DNA of 25,688 nt from a virus (IMGVR_UViG_2925939204_000005), one strand, 5' to 3'; shown: positions 8,756 to 17,252, counted from the stretch's first letter. The notes: generated by a model not told the origin, from the letters alone. Made by a program: numbers and translations.

Positions 8756-9655
8756 ATGATTGATCCACTTATTAGAAACTTACAGAGTGATATTGCACTA
8801 CTCCAGCTTTATATCGCGCAACGCAAACAGGCAGGCTTTCATGACATGGAAAGAATAATTGAGTCATTGACCATCTTTATGTTTCGCGCGCTGAAAATGG
8901 GTGAACTGGTAAACATGAATCAGATTAAAGTTAATTTTCCCGCCATTGATTTAGCTGATAATAAAAACATGATAGCAGTTCAAGTTACTACGAATGCAAG
9001 TCCAGCAAAAATTAAAAAAACTATCGAATCTTTTGAGAAAATAAATGAAATAGGAGAGAGTCTGAAAGATAAATACTCTACTTTATATATTTTTGGTTTT
9101 TGTAAAGCCTCAAGATACCTAACTCCAAGTTATTGTAAAATAATCGACCCCAGCTATTTCGTGAATGAACTTTGCGATAAAGCAGATGAAGATATGGTCC
9201 AGGATATGATTGACGCCATTCGACGCCATCATGATTATACATCATTACATCCATGGAGTGATAAAGATTCACTCGAAATTATACTCAATATTATTAATCG
9301 CAATGCAATAAAACATCGGATGAGTTGCGAAGGCAGTCTGTCTGATATGCTCACTGGTTTAAAAGAAATTAATGAAGTAATTACAAAAGGAACAATTCAA
9401 CGTAAGCAACGTTCAAAATCGATATCTGACTTCAAAGATCAAAGCATGGTGAAATTTATGAGAGGTGTAATGGATGATTTGTCTGTTATTCAAGCCATAG
9501 TGAACAAATCTAAAGTTAACCAAGGTGATATGGTTTATATAAGCCATGAAGATATGATTAATATTGATAAATTAAAAGCTAAAATAGCAAGTGATTCATC
9601 AGAGATTGCAAGGCTAAATAATATTGATATAACACTAAATGTTGTTGATTTATAA
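8756..9655 (+). CDS. SMEK-domain-like protein (299 aa), candidate defence/abortive-infection cargo
   Basis: AT-rich gene with AAGGA SD. N-terminal region (NFPAIDLADNKNMIAVQVTTNASPAKIKKTIESF) matches my recollection of the SMEK domain (PAID-LAD ... IA-QVT). C-terminal about 170 aa have no recognised motif. Confidence 0.6.
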   Translation: MIDPLIRNLQSDIALLQLYIAQRKQAGFHDMERIIESLTIFMFRALKMGELVNMNQIKVNFPAIDLADNKNMIAVQVTTNASPAKIKKTIESFEKINEIGESLKDKYSTLYIFGFCKASRYLTPSYCKIIDPSYFVNELCDKADEDMVQDMIDAIRRHHDYTSLHPWSDKDSLEIILNIINRNAIKHRMSCEGSLSDMLTGLKEINEVITKGTIQRKQRSKSISDFKDQSMVKFMRGVMDDLSVIQAIVNKSKVNQGDMVYISHEDMINIDKLKAKIASDSSEIARLNNIDITLNVVDL

Positions 9656-9969
9656 TTGTCGATTTAGCAAAACAGAGAATGCTTTGAAAGTTTCACCGAG
9701 AAATATTTATTGTGAACCTCCTTATTGTTTATCGACTTTTACTCTCCGCTCATTGCAGTACTGTCGGAGAAGGCTACTATGTACAAGAAGCAGCTAACAT
9801 AAGCGAGCATCACTATTGATATTAGGAAGAGTATATAAAAACTTCATGCTGAACCTTACAAAAGTAGGTAAACCGGCAATGGCCTAAGTGGCAGGGTCAT
9901 GTTGATCCGGCAATGCCGAGCTAATAATTAACAAGCAAATCACTCTTTCTAATAATTTGTTGAAATAAA

Positions 9970-10629
9970 CTAAATATGTATATGTTTACCAACAACCACA
10001 TATGAACTACCTGCTTTGCTCCATGATTTTATTATTTCTAAATTATTATCTGAGCATATTTTACTTACAGTATCCACATCTAATAAACCATAGTAGAAAG
10101 CATTACGAGAGTTTTGGTATATATACCCATGCAAATGTTTAATACCGCTCTCGTACCTCTTGAAATAAGAACTTTTGTATTGATTGACAATCAGTGCTTC
10201 ACCATCACTCTTTAATAATTCTCTAATCGCACTGAGGACTTTGTGAATTGTGGATTCACATGGAATTGCGGAAAGCACGTTTGCGCAAAGTATGAAATCA
10301 TAATGATTTGTTATTTTATCTATATTTTCATAAGAAACAATATTAGCATTCTTATAGTTATTTATCACGTAATCTGGAATCGTGGTTTGTACACCTCTGA
10401 TAATTTGCACTCTTTCTAGTTGTCTTCTGGAATCTAAAAATGTCACAGTTTCAAATTTATTTACTAATTGTTCTGAATATCTAAGTTTTCCACATCCAAA
10501 ATCAAGGGCATTGCCATTTTTATTAGTGCTTTCAATCTGTTTACAGAGATAGTTAGATGGCATAGTGTGCGGTTTCGCTGCATTTTCTGAACGTATGTTT
10601 ATTCCATTTATTTTGTAATTCAAAATCAA
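9970..10629 (-). CDS. Class I SAM-dependent methyltransferase (about 217 aa)
   Basis: Motif I LDFGCGKLRY, acidic residue ending beta-2 (VTFLDS) and motif-II-like DFILCANVL. The ORF-track start at 10629 is TTG; a TTG at 10623 with GAGG 6 nt upstream is an alternative. The gene starts 6 nt after the upstream membrane-protein stop, suggesting an operon. Confidence 0.65.
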   Translation of the reverse strand: MILNYKINGINIRSENAAKPHTMPSNYLCKQIESTNKNGNALDFGCGKLRYSEQLVNKFETVTFLDSRRQLERVQIIRGVQTTIPDYVINNYKNANIVSYENIDKITNHYDFILCANVLSAIPCESTIHKVLSAIRELLKSDGEALIVNQYKSSYFKRYESGIKHLHGYIYQNSRNAFYYGLLDVDTVSKICSDNNLEIIKSWSKAGSSYVVVGKHIHI

Positions 10630-10635
10630 CCTCGT

Positions 10636-11331
10636 TTAAAAAATATTGTTATTGTTAAAGAATTCTTTTATTTTGCTATCAGGTATTTGTCTTACTTGGC
10701 TTTCTGTTCTTGGTTTAACTGATGCTATGAAAATAAGGAAGTCAAATGCGACAAGAGAAATAATCCACAACCAAAGATTAATTAAAGAGCCAGTAACAGA
10801 GAATATATTTGTTAATTTGGCGATACTTATTATTAAAATAGTAACAAATGCGATTACTGTATGTTCAAAGAAAACCCAAAAGTAATAAACTTTGTTCCAG
10901 AAAAGTTCAACGTAATGTTTGTCTTTTAACTCTTTAACTTCTGGGTAATACAGTTTACTCATTACCTTGTGAGATTCATCAGTAGTTAATTTTCTCGTAA
11001 CGCCTGCAATTTTTGCTAATGGTTTAATAATTAAATGACTATCCCACATCTTCCTTATTCCAATAATTTTTGCTACATTATTATGTAGATCTAAAGCTCC
11101 ACTAATTACTGACCAAAAAACTGAAGATGCAATTGGTAATATGCCAAAGGTTAATATCCATTTAATAAATTCCTCGTAGTCTTTAACGGGGGGGATATAC
11201 TTGGCATTAATGCCAACCAATGGCATGTAGCCATAAATGACTAATGATAGGTAAAATATAAATGTAGTAATAAAAGTCGCCTTATGGAGCATAGGCAACA
11301 TTTCATTATAACTCTTTGGTGGTTCTAACAT
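10636..11331 (-). CDS. Integral membrane protein (about 231 aa, about 4 predicted TM helices), unknown function
   Basis: ATG at 11331 with GGAG SD (the ORF-track start at 11343 is TTG). Hydrophobic stretches at about residues 20-45, 65-85, 150-180 and 190-215; AT-rich codon usage; first gene of a two-gene operon with the methyltransferase. Confidence 0.6.
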   Translation of the reverse strand: MLEPPKSYNEMLPMLHKATFITTFIFYLSLVIYGYMPLVGINAKYIPPVKDYEEFIKWILTFGILPIASSVFWSVISGALDLHNNVAKIIGIRKMWDSHLIIKPLAKIAGVTRKLTTDESHKVMSKLYYPEVKELKDKHYVELFWNKVYYFWVFFEHTVIAFVTILIISIAKLTNIFSVTGSLINLWLWIISLVAFDFLIFIASVKPRTESQVRQIPDSKIKEFFNNNNIF

Positions 11332-12073
11332 TTTACTCTCCAAACACTCAAAAAAAAGCTAATCTTCTATAATAACGAAATTCAGCTGGCACAATTAAAG
11401 ATTAATTGCCACCAATTTCTTGATTTTATAATTTTATCTAAATGTTTTTGATTAATCTAGTCCTAAAAGAAACCTACTGCATAAATATTTATGCTGATGA
11501 CCCACTCCCTGTTCGTTAACACATAGCAACGTTAGTAATGCATCCTAAGTGATCAATATTTTTGCTAGCTTCATCTGCTCGCTCAAAGGGAACTATAATG
11601 TTGGCTTGCGTGTGACTTGGCATGTTTAAAGAAGTGCTGGTGGTGACTGGTTGCTGTTTTCCATTTCCACAGAACAAAATCATAGAAACTATACCCAGTA
11701 GTTGTATTGAATCACTGACGAGACAGCCTCATATTTATCAGGACTGGTGTACGTCCAATACAGGAGGTTGTGGTGCTGGTTCTCAAATGTGCGCTGGCTA
11801 TTGCTGCTGTAATGGCAATTTATTGTCTTGCTGTTGTTCTTATGGATCACCTTTCTGATTGATTTCATATTGGCGAGGTAACGGTAGTTAAGTAGAATTG
11901 CTGCGGGTGCTTGAGGCTATCTGCCTCGGGCATCAACACCAAAGGCAGATAGAGAAAAGCCCCAGTTAACATTACGCGTCCGGCAAGACGCTTAACATTA
12001 ATCTGAGGCCATATCTATGCTCTACACACGTAGGTTAGCCTCTTACGTGCCGAAAGGCAAGGAGAAGCAGGCT

Positions 12074-12229
12074 ATGAAGCAGCAAAAGGCGATGCTAATC
12101 GCCCTGATCGTCATCTGTTTAACCGTCATAGTGACGGCACTGGTAACGAGGAAAGACCTCTGCGAGGTACGAATCCGAATCGGCCAGACGGAGGTCGCTG
12201 TCTTCACAGCTTACGAACCTGAGGAGTAA
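12074..12229 (+). CDS. hok: Hok-family type I toxin (51 aa; HokD/RelF-like)
   Basis: MKQQKAMLIALIVICLTVIVTALVTRKDLCEVRIRIGQTEVAVFTAYEPEE: single TM helix followed by the conserved Hok periplasmic tail; AAGGAGAAG SD upstream. The ORF-track start at 12017 is an in-frame upstream extension. Confidence 0.85.
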   Translation: MKQQKAMLIALIVICLTVIVTALVTRKDLCEVRIRIGQTEVAVFTAYEPEE

Positions 12230-12298
12230 GAGACCCGGCGAGGGAGAAATCCCTCGCCACCTCTGATGTGGCAGGCATCCTCAACGCACCCGCACTTA

Positions 12299-12329
12299 AC
12301 CCGCTTCGGCGGGTTTTTGTTTTTATTTT
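12299..12329 (+). terminator. Rho-independent terminator downstream of hok
   Basis: AACCCGCTTCGGCGGGTTTTTGTTTTTATTTT: GC-rich hairpin (CCCGC/GCGGG) with a TTCG loop followed by a T-run. Confidence 0.65.
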
Positions 12330-12445
12330 CAACGCGTTTGAAGTTCTGGACGGTGCCGGAATAGAATCAAAAATACTTAAGTAGCGCGCAGGGATAAGAG
12401 GGATGGTCCCTTAAAGGGGAGAGCTAATTATCCGGAAGGATTCTG

Positions 12446-12697
12446 ATGATGAACATCGAAGAACTGCGTAAAATTTTTTGTGAAGATGGCCTCTATGCTG
12501 TGTGCGTTGAAAATGGAAATATTGTTAGTCATTACCGCATTGTGTGTTTGCAAAAAAATGGGGCTGCGTTAATTAATTTTGTGGATGCCCGAGTGACGGA
12601 CGGATTTATCTTGCGCGACGGTGAGTTTGTCACTTCATTACAGGCATTGAAAGAGATCGGAATAAAAGCTGGCTTTTCTGCTTTTTCAGAAGAATAA
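12446..12697 (+). CDS. Small hypothetical protein (83 aa), possibly Rem-like
   Basis: ORF with GGAAGGA SD; the same length (83 aa) and relative position (between hok and the DUF968 gene) as rem in Qin. I cannot confirm the identity from memory. Confidence 0.5.
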   Translation: MMNIEELRKIFCEDGLYAVCVENGNIVSHYRIVCLQKNGAALINFVDARVTDGFILRDGEFVTSLQALKEIGIKAGFSAFSEE

Positions 12698-12763
12698 ACT
12701 CATCTACAATCTTGCGCGGGGCTGAACTCCCGCTGAGTAACACCGTGCCACCGGAGAAAACCG

Positions 12764-13042
12764 ATGGCACGCAACGTAAAATATTACAATTCTGATAATT
12801 CGCCCGTTCTTGCCTGCACGCACGAGCGGTATTCTCACGCATTCAAGTCTGAATGGTTCCAGCACCCTCCATGCACTGAAGAGCAGGCTGAATGGATAAT
12901 TCAGTGTTACCGCAGGCGCGGATACGAGGTTAAGAAAGCTCTTAGTCTCGACTACCGTCACTGGATAATCTCAGTCAGATTGCCTTACTCCGAACGCCCA
13001 CCGCGTCCGTCCCGTACATTCCAGCAACGCATCTGGAGGTAA
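12764..13042 (+). CDS. Hypothetical protein (92 aa)
   Basis: ORF with GGAG SD 8 nt upstream; stop is 1 nt before the GTG start of the DUF968 gene, so compactly packed in the same operon. No recognised motif. Confidence 0.45.
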   Translation: MARNVKYYNSDNSPVLACTHERYSHAFKSEWFQHPPCTEEQAEWIIQCYRRRGYEVKKALSLDYRHWIISVRLPYSERPPRPSRTFQQRIWR

Positions 13043-13043
13043 C

Positions 13044-14093
13044 GTGCGGGTATTACTTCGACCTGTTCTGGTACCGGAACTCGGGCTGGTGGTCGTTAAG
13101 CCGGGCCGTGAATCCATGCCGGTATTCCACAATACCCGGGTACTGGTGGAGCCAGAACCGAAAAGCATGCGTAATCTGCCGTCCGGGGTCGTTCCCGCCG
13201 TTCGCCAGCCGCTGGTGGAAGACAAAACATTGCTGCCGTTTTTCAGTAACGCACGGGTAATTCGTGCTGCTGGTGGTGCTGGTGCATTGTCTGACTGGCT
13301 GTTGCGCCATATTAAATCCTGCCAGTGGCCACACGGCGATTATCATCACAGCGAAACCGTTATTCACCGTTATGGTACCGGCGCAATGGTGTTGTGCTGG
13401 CACTGCGACAACCAGCTGCGTGACCAGACATCCGAATCACTCGAGCAACTTGCTCATCAAAACCTGTCAGCATGGATGATTGACGTCATCGGTCACGCAA
13501 TAAGCGGTACGCAGGAGCGTGAATTATCTCTGGCTGAATTATCCTGGTGGGCGGTCCGCAATCAGGTGGCGGACGCGCTACCGGAAGCGGTATTACGTCG
13601 CTCGCTGGGATTACCAGCGGAAAAAAACTGCTCGGTGTACCGCGAAAGCGACATCGTACCGGGAGAGCAGACCGCCACCAGCATATTGAAACAGCGCACA
13701 AAAAATCTTGCACCGTTGCCTCACGCCCACCAGCAACAAAACCCATCACAGGAAAAGACGGTGGTAAGCATCACCGTTGATCCAGAGTCTCCGGAATCTT
13801 TCATGAAGCTGCCTAAACGTCACCGTTGGGTTAAGGAGAAATACACACGCTGGGTTAAGACACAGCCGTGTGCTTGCTGCGGTATGCCAGCCGACGATCC
13901 GCATCATCTGATTGGTCACGGGCAGGGCGGAATGGGAACCAAAGCACATGATCTCTTTGTGTTGCCTTTGTGCAGAAAGCATCACGACGAGTTGCATACG
14001 GATACCGTGGCATTTGAAGAGAAGTATGGCTCCCAACTGGAGCTGATTTTTCGATTTATCGATCGCGCGCTGGCAATTGGTGTGCTGGCCTAA
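13044..14093 (+). CDS. DUF968-family protein (YdfU/YbcN-like, 349 aa) with HNH-like C-terminal motif
   Basis: GTG start with GGAGG SD; C-terminus carries CxxC...HH...CRKHHDELH, a zinc-finger/HNH-like signature characteristic of DUF968 proteins that precede Q in lambdoid prophages. Confidence 0.75.
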   Translation: MRVLLRPVLVPELGLVVVKPGRESMPVFHNTRVLVEPEPKSMRNLPSGVVPAVRQPLVEDKTLLPFFSNARVIRAAGGAGALSDWLLRHIKSCQWPHGDYHHSETVIHRYGTGAMVLCWHCDNQLRDQTSESLEQLAHQNLSAWMIDVIGHAISGTQERELSLAELSWWAVRNQVADALPEAVLRRSLGLPAEKNCSVYRESDIVPGEQTATSILKQRTKNLAPLPHAHQQQNPSQEKTVVSITVDPESPESFMKLPKRHRWVKEKYTRWVKTQPCACCGMPADDPHHLIGHGQGGMGTKAHDLFVLPLCRKHHDELHTDTVAFEEKYGSQLELIFRFIDRALAIGVLA

Positions 14094-14110
14094 TTTTGTG
14101 GAGTAAGTTG

Positions 14111-14488
14111 ATGCGTGATATTCAGATGGTTCTTGAGCGTTGGGGGGCATGGGCGGCTTATAATCATGAAGATGTGACCTGGTCGTCCATTGCCGCCGGT
14201 TTTAAGGGATTAATTCCTTCAAAAGTAAGATCTCGTCCGCAATGCTGTGACGATGACGTGATGATCATTTGTGAATGTATGGCTCGCCTGAAAAAAAACA
14301 ACAGCGATTTACATGATTTATTGGTGGACTATTATGTCGGCGGCATGACTTTTATGGCGCTTGCACGTAAGCATGGGCGATCTGATTGTTGGGTTGGCAG
14401 GATGCTCCAGAAAGCTGAGGGCGTAGTGGAGGGCATGCTGATGGTGTTGGATCTCCGATTGGAGATGGATGCTGATTGTTCGAAATAA
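14111..14488 (+). CDS. Late-gene antiterminator Q (QuuD/QuuQ-like)
   Basis: [16 protein letters not shown]...SRPQCCDDD...[16 protein letters not shown] resembles the remembered E. coli prophage Q proteins; ATG at 14111 with GGAG SD (the ORF-track start at 14096 is TTG). Confidence 0.85.
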   Translation: MRDIQMVLERWGAWAAYNHEDVTWSSIAAGFKGLIPSKVRSRPQCCDDDVMIICECMARLKKNNSDLHDLLVDYYVGGMTFMALARKHGRSDCWVGRMLQKAEGVVEGMLMVLDLRLEMDADCSK

Positions 14489-14586
14489 TTAAAGGAAAAG
14501 TTGCTGTCTGATTTTCATTAGTCTAACATTTTAAATGTTGGAATCGCAACGTAGTTATTATCATATAACAGCTTGTTTCCTGATTT

Positions 14587-14618
14587 AGCCAGCCTCCCCA
14601 AAGGCTGGTTTTTTTTCT
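14587..14618 (+). terminator. Rho-independent terminator (tR'-like) downstream of Q
   Basis: AGCCAGCCTCCCCAAAGGCTGG followed by TTTTTTTT, about 100 nt downstream of Q, which is the expected place for the pR'/qut/tR' module. The promoter and qut themselves were not resolved. Confidence 0.7.
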
Positions 14619-14644
14619 AATAAGTATCATTTCGGGTGGGGATT

Positions 14645-15169
14645 TTATTGTTTAACCCATAATAGTTCATTGACATTGAATCCCAACTTTTGAGCGGTAC
14701 GCACATAGTCTGCTTTTACATTATCTGGAATAGTTTGGGTCCTTGCCAGAATCCATAGGTATTCTCTGTTCGGACCACTGACAAGAGCATACTTATACTC
14801 ATCATCCAGCTTGATTACATTATAGCCACCATAGAAGGGGCCAAAAAACGAAACTTTCAACGCTGCAGTTTTAGTATCTCCAGTAAAGTATGCTTTACCT
14901 TCGCTCTCGCTCCATTTGTTTTTCGTTGGATCGTATCCACGGTTAAGTACGCGAATCCCTCCGTCGTTCCGTTTTTCATAAGTAGCGCTGACCTGTTCCA
15001 GACCACGTTCGAACCAGTTCTCGAGGCGAGCTATTTCATACCATTTTCCGAGGTAGCGGTTGGCGTCAAAATTTGTAATCGGCTGCACACCTTTAGGTGG
15101 TGTCGGGGCCTTACATGCTATAAAAGTGAAAGAGAGTGCAATGCCAGTCAACACAGGCCATAACTTCAT
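14645..15169 (-). CDS. Bacterial lipocalin (Blc-like outer-membrane lipoprotein), moron
   Basis: 174 aa with a lipoprotein signal and lipobox (FTFIAC) and lipocalin motifs (NFDANRYLGKWYEIAR ... KVSFFGPFYGGYNVI), clearly homologous to but diverged from chromosomal Blc; opposite strand to the late operon. Confidence 0.85.
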   Translation of the reverse strand: MKLWPVLTGIALSFTFIACKAPTPPKGVQPITNFDANRYLGKWYEIARLENWFERGLEQVSATYEKRNDGGIRVLNRGYDPTKNKWSESEGKAYFTGDTKTAALKVSFFGPFYGGYNVIKLDDEYKYALVSGPNREYLWILARTQTIPDNVKADYVRTAQKLGFNVNELLWVKQ

Positions 15170-15361
15170 AATAAATCCTGTACTTTTGATAGTTGAGAGT
15201 AAGTATGAAAGATAGATGAGTACGACCGATCACTTAAAGAACTTTCCTACTATATTAGGAATAGTCAATAACAGAAAAATTGTCAGTGATGAAGCCAGAA
15301 AGGCAATTTAGTCCGTGCACTACAAAGTTTATGTGTTAATGAATTAGTCAAGGGGGAGGAA

Positions 15362-16321
15362 ATGATAAAAAAACCTGTGATTGGGATCAGCGGTTGTTTG
15401 GGCGGTTCTGCTGTTCGTTTTGATGGTGGTCACAAAAGAGATGACTTTTTAATGGACAAATTAGTGGAATGGGTAACATTCAGACCAGTATGTCCGGAAA
15501 TGGCTATAGGGCTGCCAGTTCCGCGTCCTGCTCTACGACTTGTGCGCTCGAAGCAAGGAAATATACGGATGTGTTTCAGCCACGACCAGAATGAGGATGT
15601 GACAGAGAGAATGACAGAGTTTAGTCGTTCTTATATGGACAAATTAAAGGATGTATCGGGGTTTGTGGTTTGTGCTAAATCTCCCAGCTGTGGCATGGAG
15701 CGCGTGCGTGTCTATGATGAAAATGGTAATCGAGGTCGTAAAGATGGAGTGGGACTATTTACGAGCACTTTGATGGAAAAGTTTTCCTGGCTACCGGTTG
15801 AAGAGGATGGGCGATTACATGATCCAGTGCTTCGTGAGAATTTTATTGAAAGAGTTTTTGCTTTGCATGAGCTCAATCATCTTTACAAGGAGAAATTATC
15901 AAGAAGAGAGTTATTAGCTTTTCATAGTCGTTATAAGCTTCAGTTGTTGGCGCATAGCCAGGCAGGCTATAAAGATATGGGACCATTTGTGGCTGCAATA
16001 CACGAGTGGGCGGACCTTGAATCATACTTTGAGGTGTATCGTGATAATCTGATGGCGATTCTCAGAAAACCAGCATCACGTAAAAATCACACGAATGTGC
16101 TGATGCATATACAGGGGTATTTTAGTAATTACTTAAGTACACGCCAGCGTAAAGAGTTGAGCGAGGTTATACTTAACTATCGCTTTGGCACATTGCCTCT
16201 TCTTGCGCCGTTGACTCTGCTGAAGCATTATCTGGGTGAGTATCCAAATGATTACTTGCTTACACAGAATTACTTCGATCCCTATCCGGAAGAACTGGCT
16301 CTAAGACTGATGGTGAATTAA
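15362..16321 (+). CDS. DUF523 + DUF1722 two-domain protein (YbgA/TudS-like), moron
   Basis: 319 aa with strong SD (AAGGGGGAGGAA). N-terminus has conserved Cys residues (GISGCLGG ... VCPE ... CAKSPSCG) typical of DUF523 (putative Fe-S, thiouracil-desulfidase-like) domains; C-terminal half resembles the YbgA-type DUF1722 domain. Confidence 0.75.
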   Translation: MIKKPVIGISGCLGGSAVRFDGGHKRDDFLMDKLVEWVTFRPVCPEMAIGLPVPRPALRLVRSKQGNIRMCFSHDQNEDVTERMTEFSRSYMDKLKDVSGFVVCAKSPSCGMERVRVYDENGNRGRKDGVGLFTSTLMEKFSWLPVEEDGRLHDPVLRENFIERVFALHELNHLYKEKLSRRELLAFHSRYKLQLLAHSQAGYKDMGPFVAAIHEWADLESYFEVYRDNLMAILRKPASRKNHTNVLMHIQGYFSNYLSTRQRKELSEVILNYRFGTLPLLAPLTLLKHYLGEYPNDYLLTQNYFDPYPEELALRLMVN

Positions 16322-16480
16322 CTGTATGCGATATCATCTGAAAGTGATGAGTTCCTGTATGCAGGATATTTACAATCGTAAAAACTACGCTATGATGCCC
16401 ATAGTGTCAGTTTGTATAAAAATGCGGTGATGCTGCCAACTTACTGATTTAGTGTATGATGGTGTTTTTGAGGTGCTCCA

Positions 16481-16756
16481 GTGGCTTCTGTTTCTATCAG
16501 CTGTCCCTCCTGTTCAGCTACTGACGGGGTGGTGCGTAACGGCAAAAGCACCGCCGGACATCAGCGCTATCTCTGCTCTCACTGCCGTAAAACATGGCAA
16601 CTGCAGTTCACTTACACCGCTTCTCAACCCGGTACGCACCAGAAAATCATTGATATGGCCATGAATGGCGTTGGATGCCGGGCAACTGCCCGCATTATGG
16701 GCGTTGGCCTCAACACGATTTTACGTCACTTAAAAAACTCAGGCCGCAGTCGGTAA
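16481..16756 (+). CDS. insA: IS1 InsA (91 aa)
   Basis: [40 protein letters not shown]...: canonical InsA with zinc-finger and HTH. Confidence 0.9.
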
Positions 16757-17178
16757 CCTCGCGCATACAGCCGGGCAGTGACGTCATCGTCTGCGCGGAA
16801 ATGGACGAACAGTGGGGCTATGTCGGGGCTAAATCGCGCCAGCGCTGGCTGTTTTACGCGTATGACAGTCTCCGGAAGACGGTTGTTGCGCACGTATTCG
16901 GTGAGCGCACTATGGCGACGCTGGGGCGTCTTATGAGCCTGCTGTCACCCTTTGACGTGGTGATATGGATGACGGATGGCTGGCCGCTGTATGAATCCCG
17001 CCTGAAGGGAAAGCTGCACGTAATCAGCAAACGATATACGCAGCGAATTGAGCGGCATAACCTGAATCTGAGGCAGCACCTGGCACGGCTGGGACGGAAG
17101 TCGCTGTCGTTCTCAAAATCGGTGGAGCTGCATGACAAAGTCATCGGGCATTATCTGAACATAAAACACTATCAATAA
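16675..17178 (+). CDS. insB: IS1 InsB frame (167-aa annotated ORF; expressed as InsAB' by -1 frameshifting)
   Basis: [21 protein letters not shown]...: canonical InsB reading frame; the A-run slippery site lies in the insA/insB overlap. Confidence 0.85.
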
Positions 17179-17252
17179 GTTGGAGTCATTACCCTTCTTT
17201 CCTTCTTCGAACCAAACCGTGTACACCATCCGTTATCTGCGGAGGTGAGGCT

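Larger units (their letters stand above)
16426..17193 (+). mobile_element. Insertion sequence IS1 (768 bp, complete)
   Basis: Terminal inverted repeats GGTGATGCTGCCAACTTACTGAT at 16426 and ATCAATAAGTTGGAGTCATTACC ending at 17193; contains insA and insB in the canonical arrangement. Confidence 0.95.

Noticed and set aside
12971-14150. Minus-strand ORFs (12971..13225, 13053..13403, 13486..13749, 13746..14150) opposite the DUF968 and Q genes
   Set aside because: Embedded antisense in well-supported CDSs; compositionally biased translations.
14489-14586. Exact pR' late promoter and qut site
   Set aside because: Expected between Q and the terminator, but the -35/-10 hexamers could not be assigned unambiguously by eye; only the terminator is reported.
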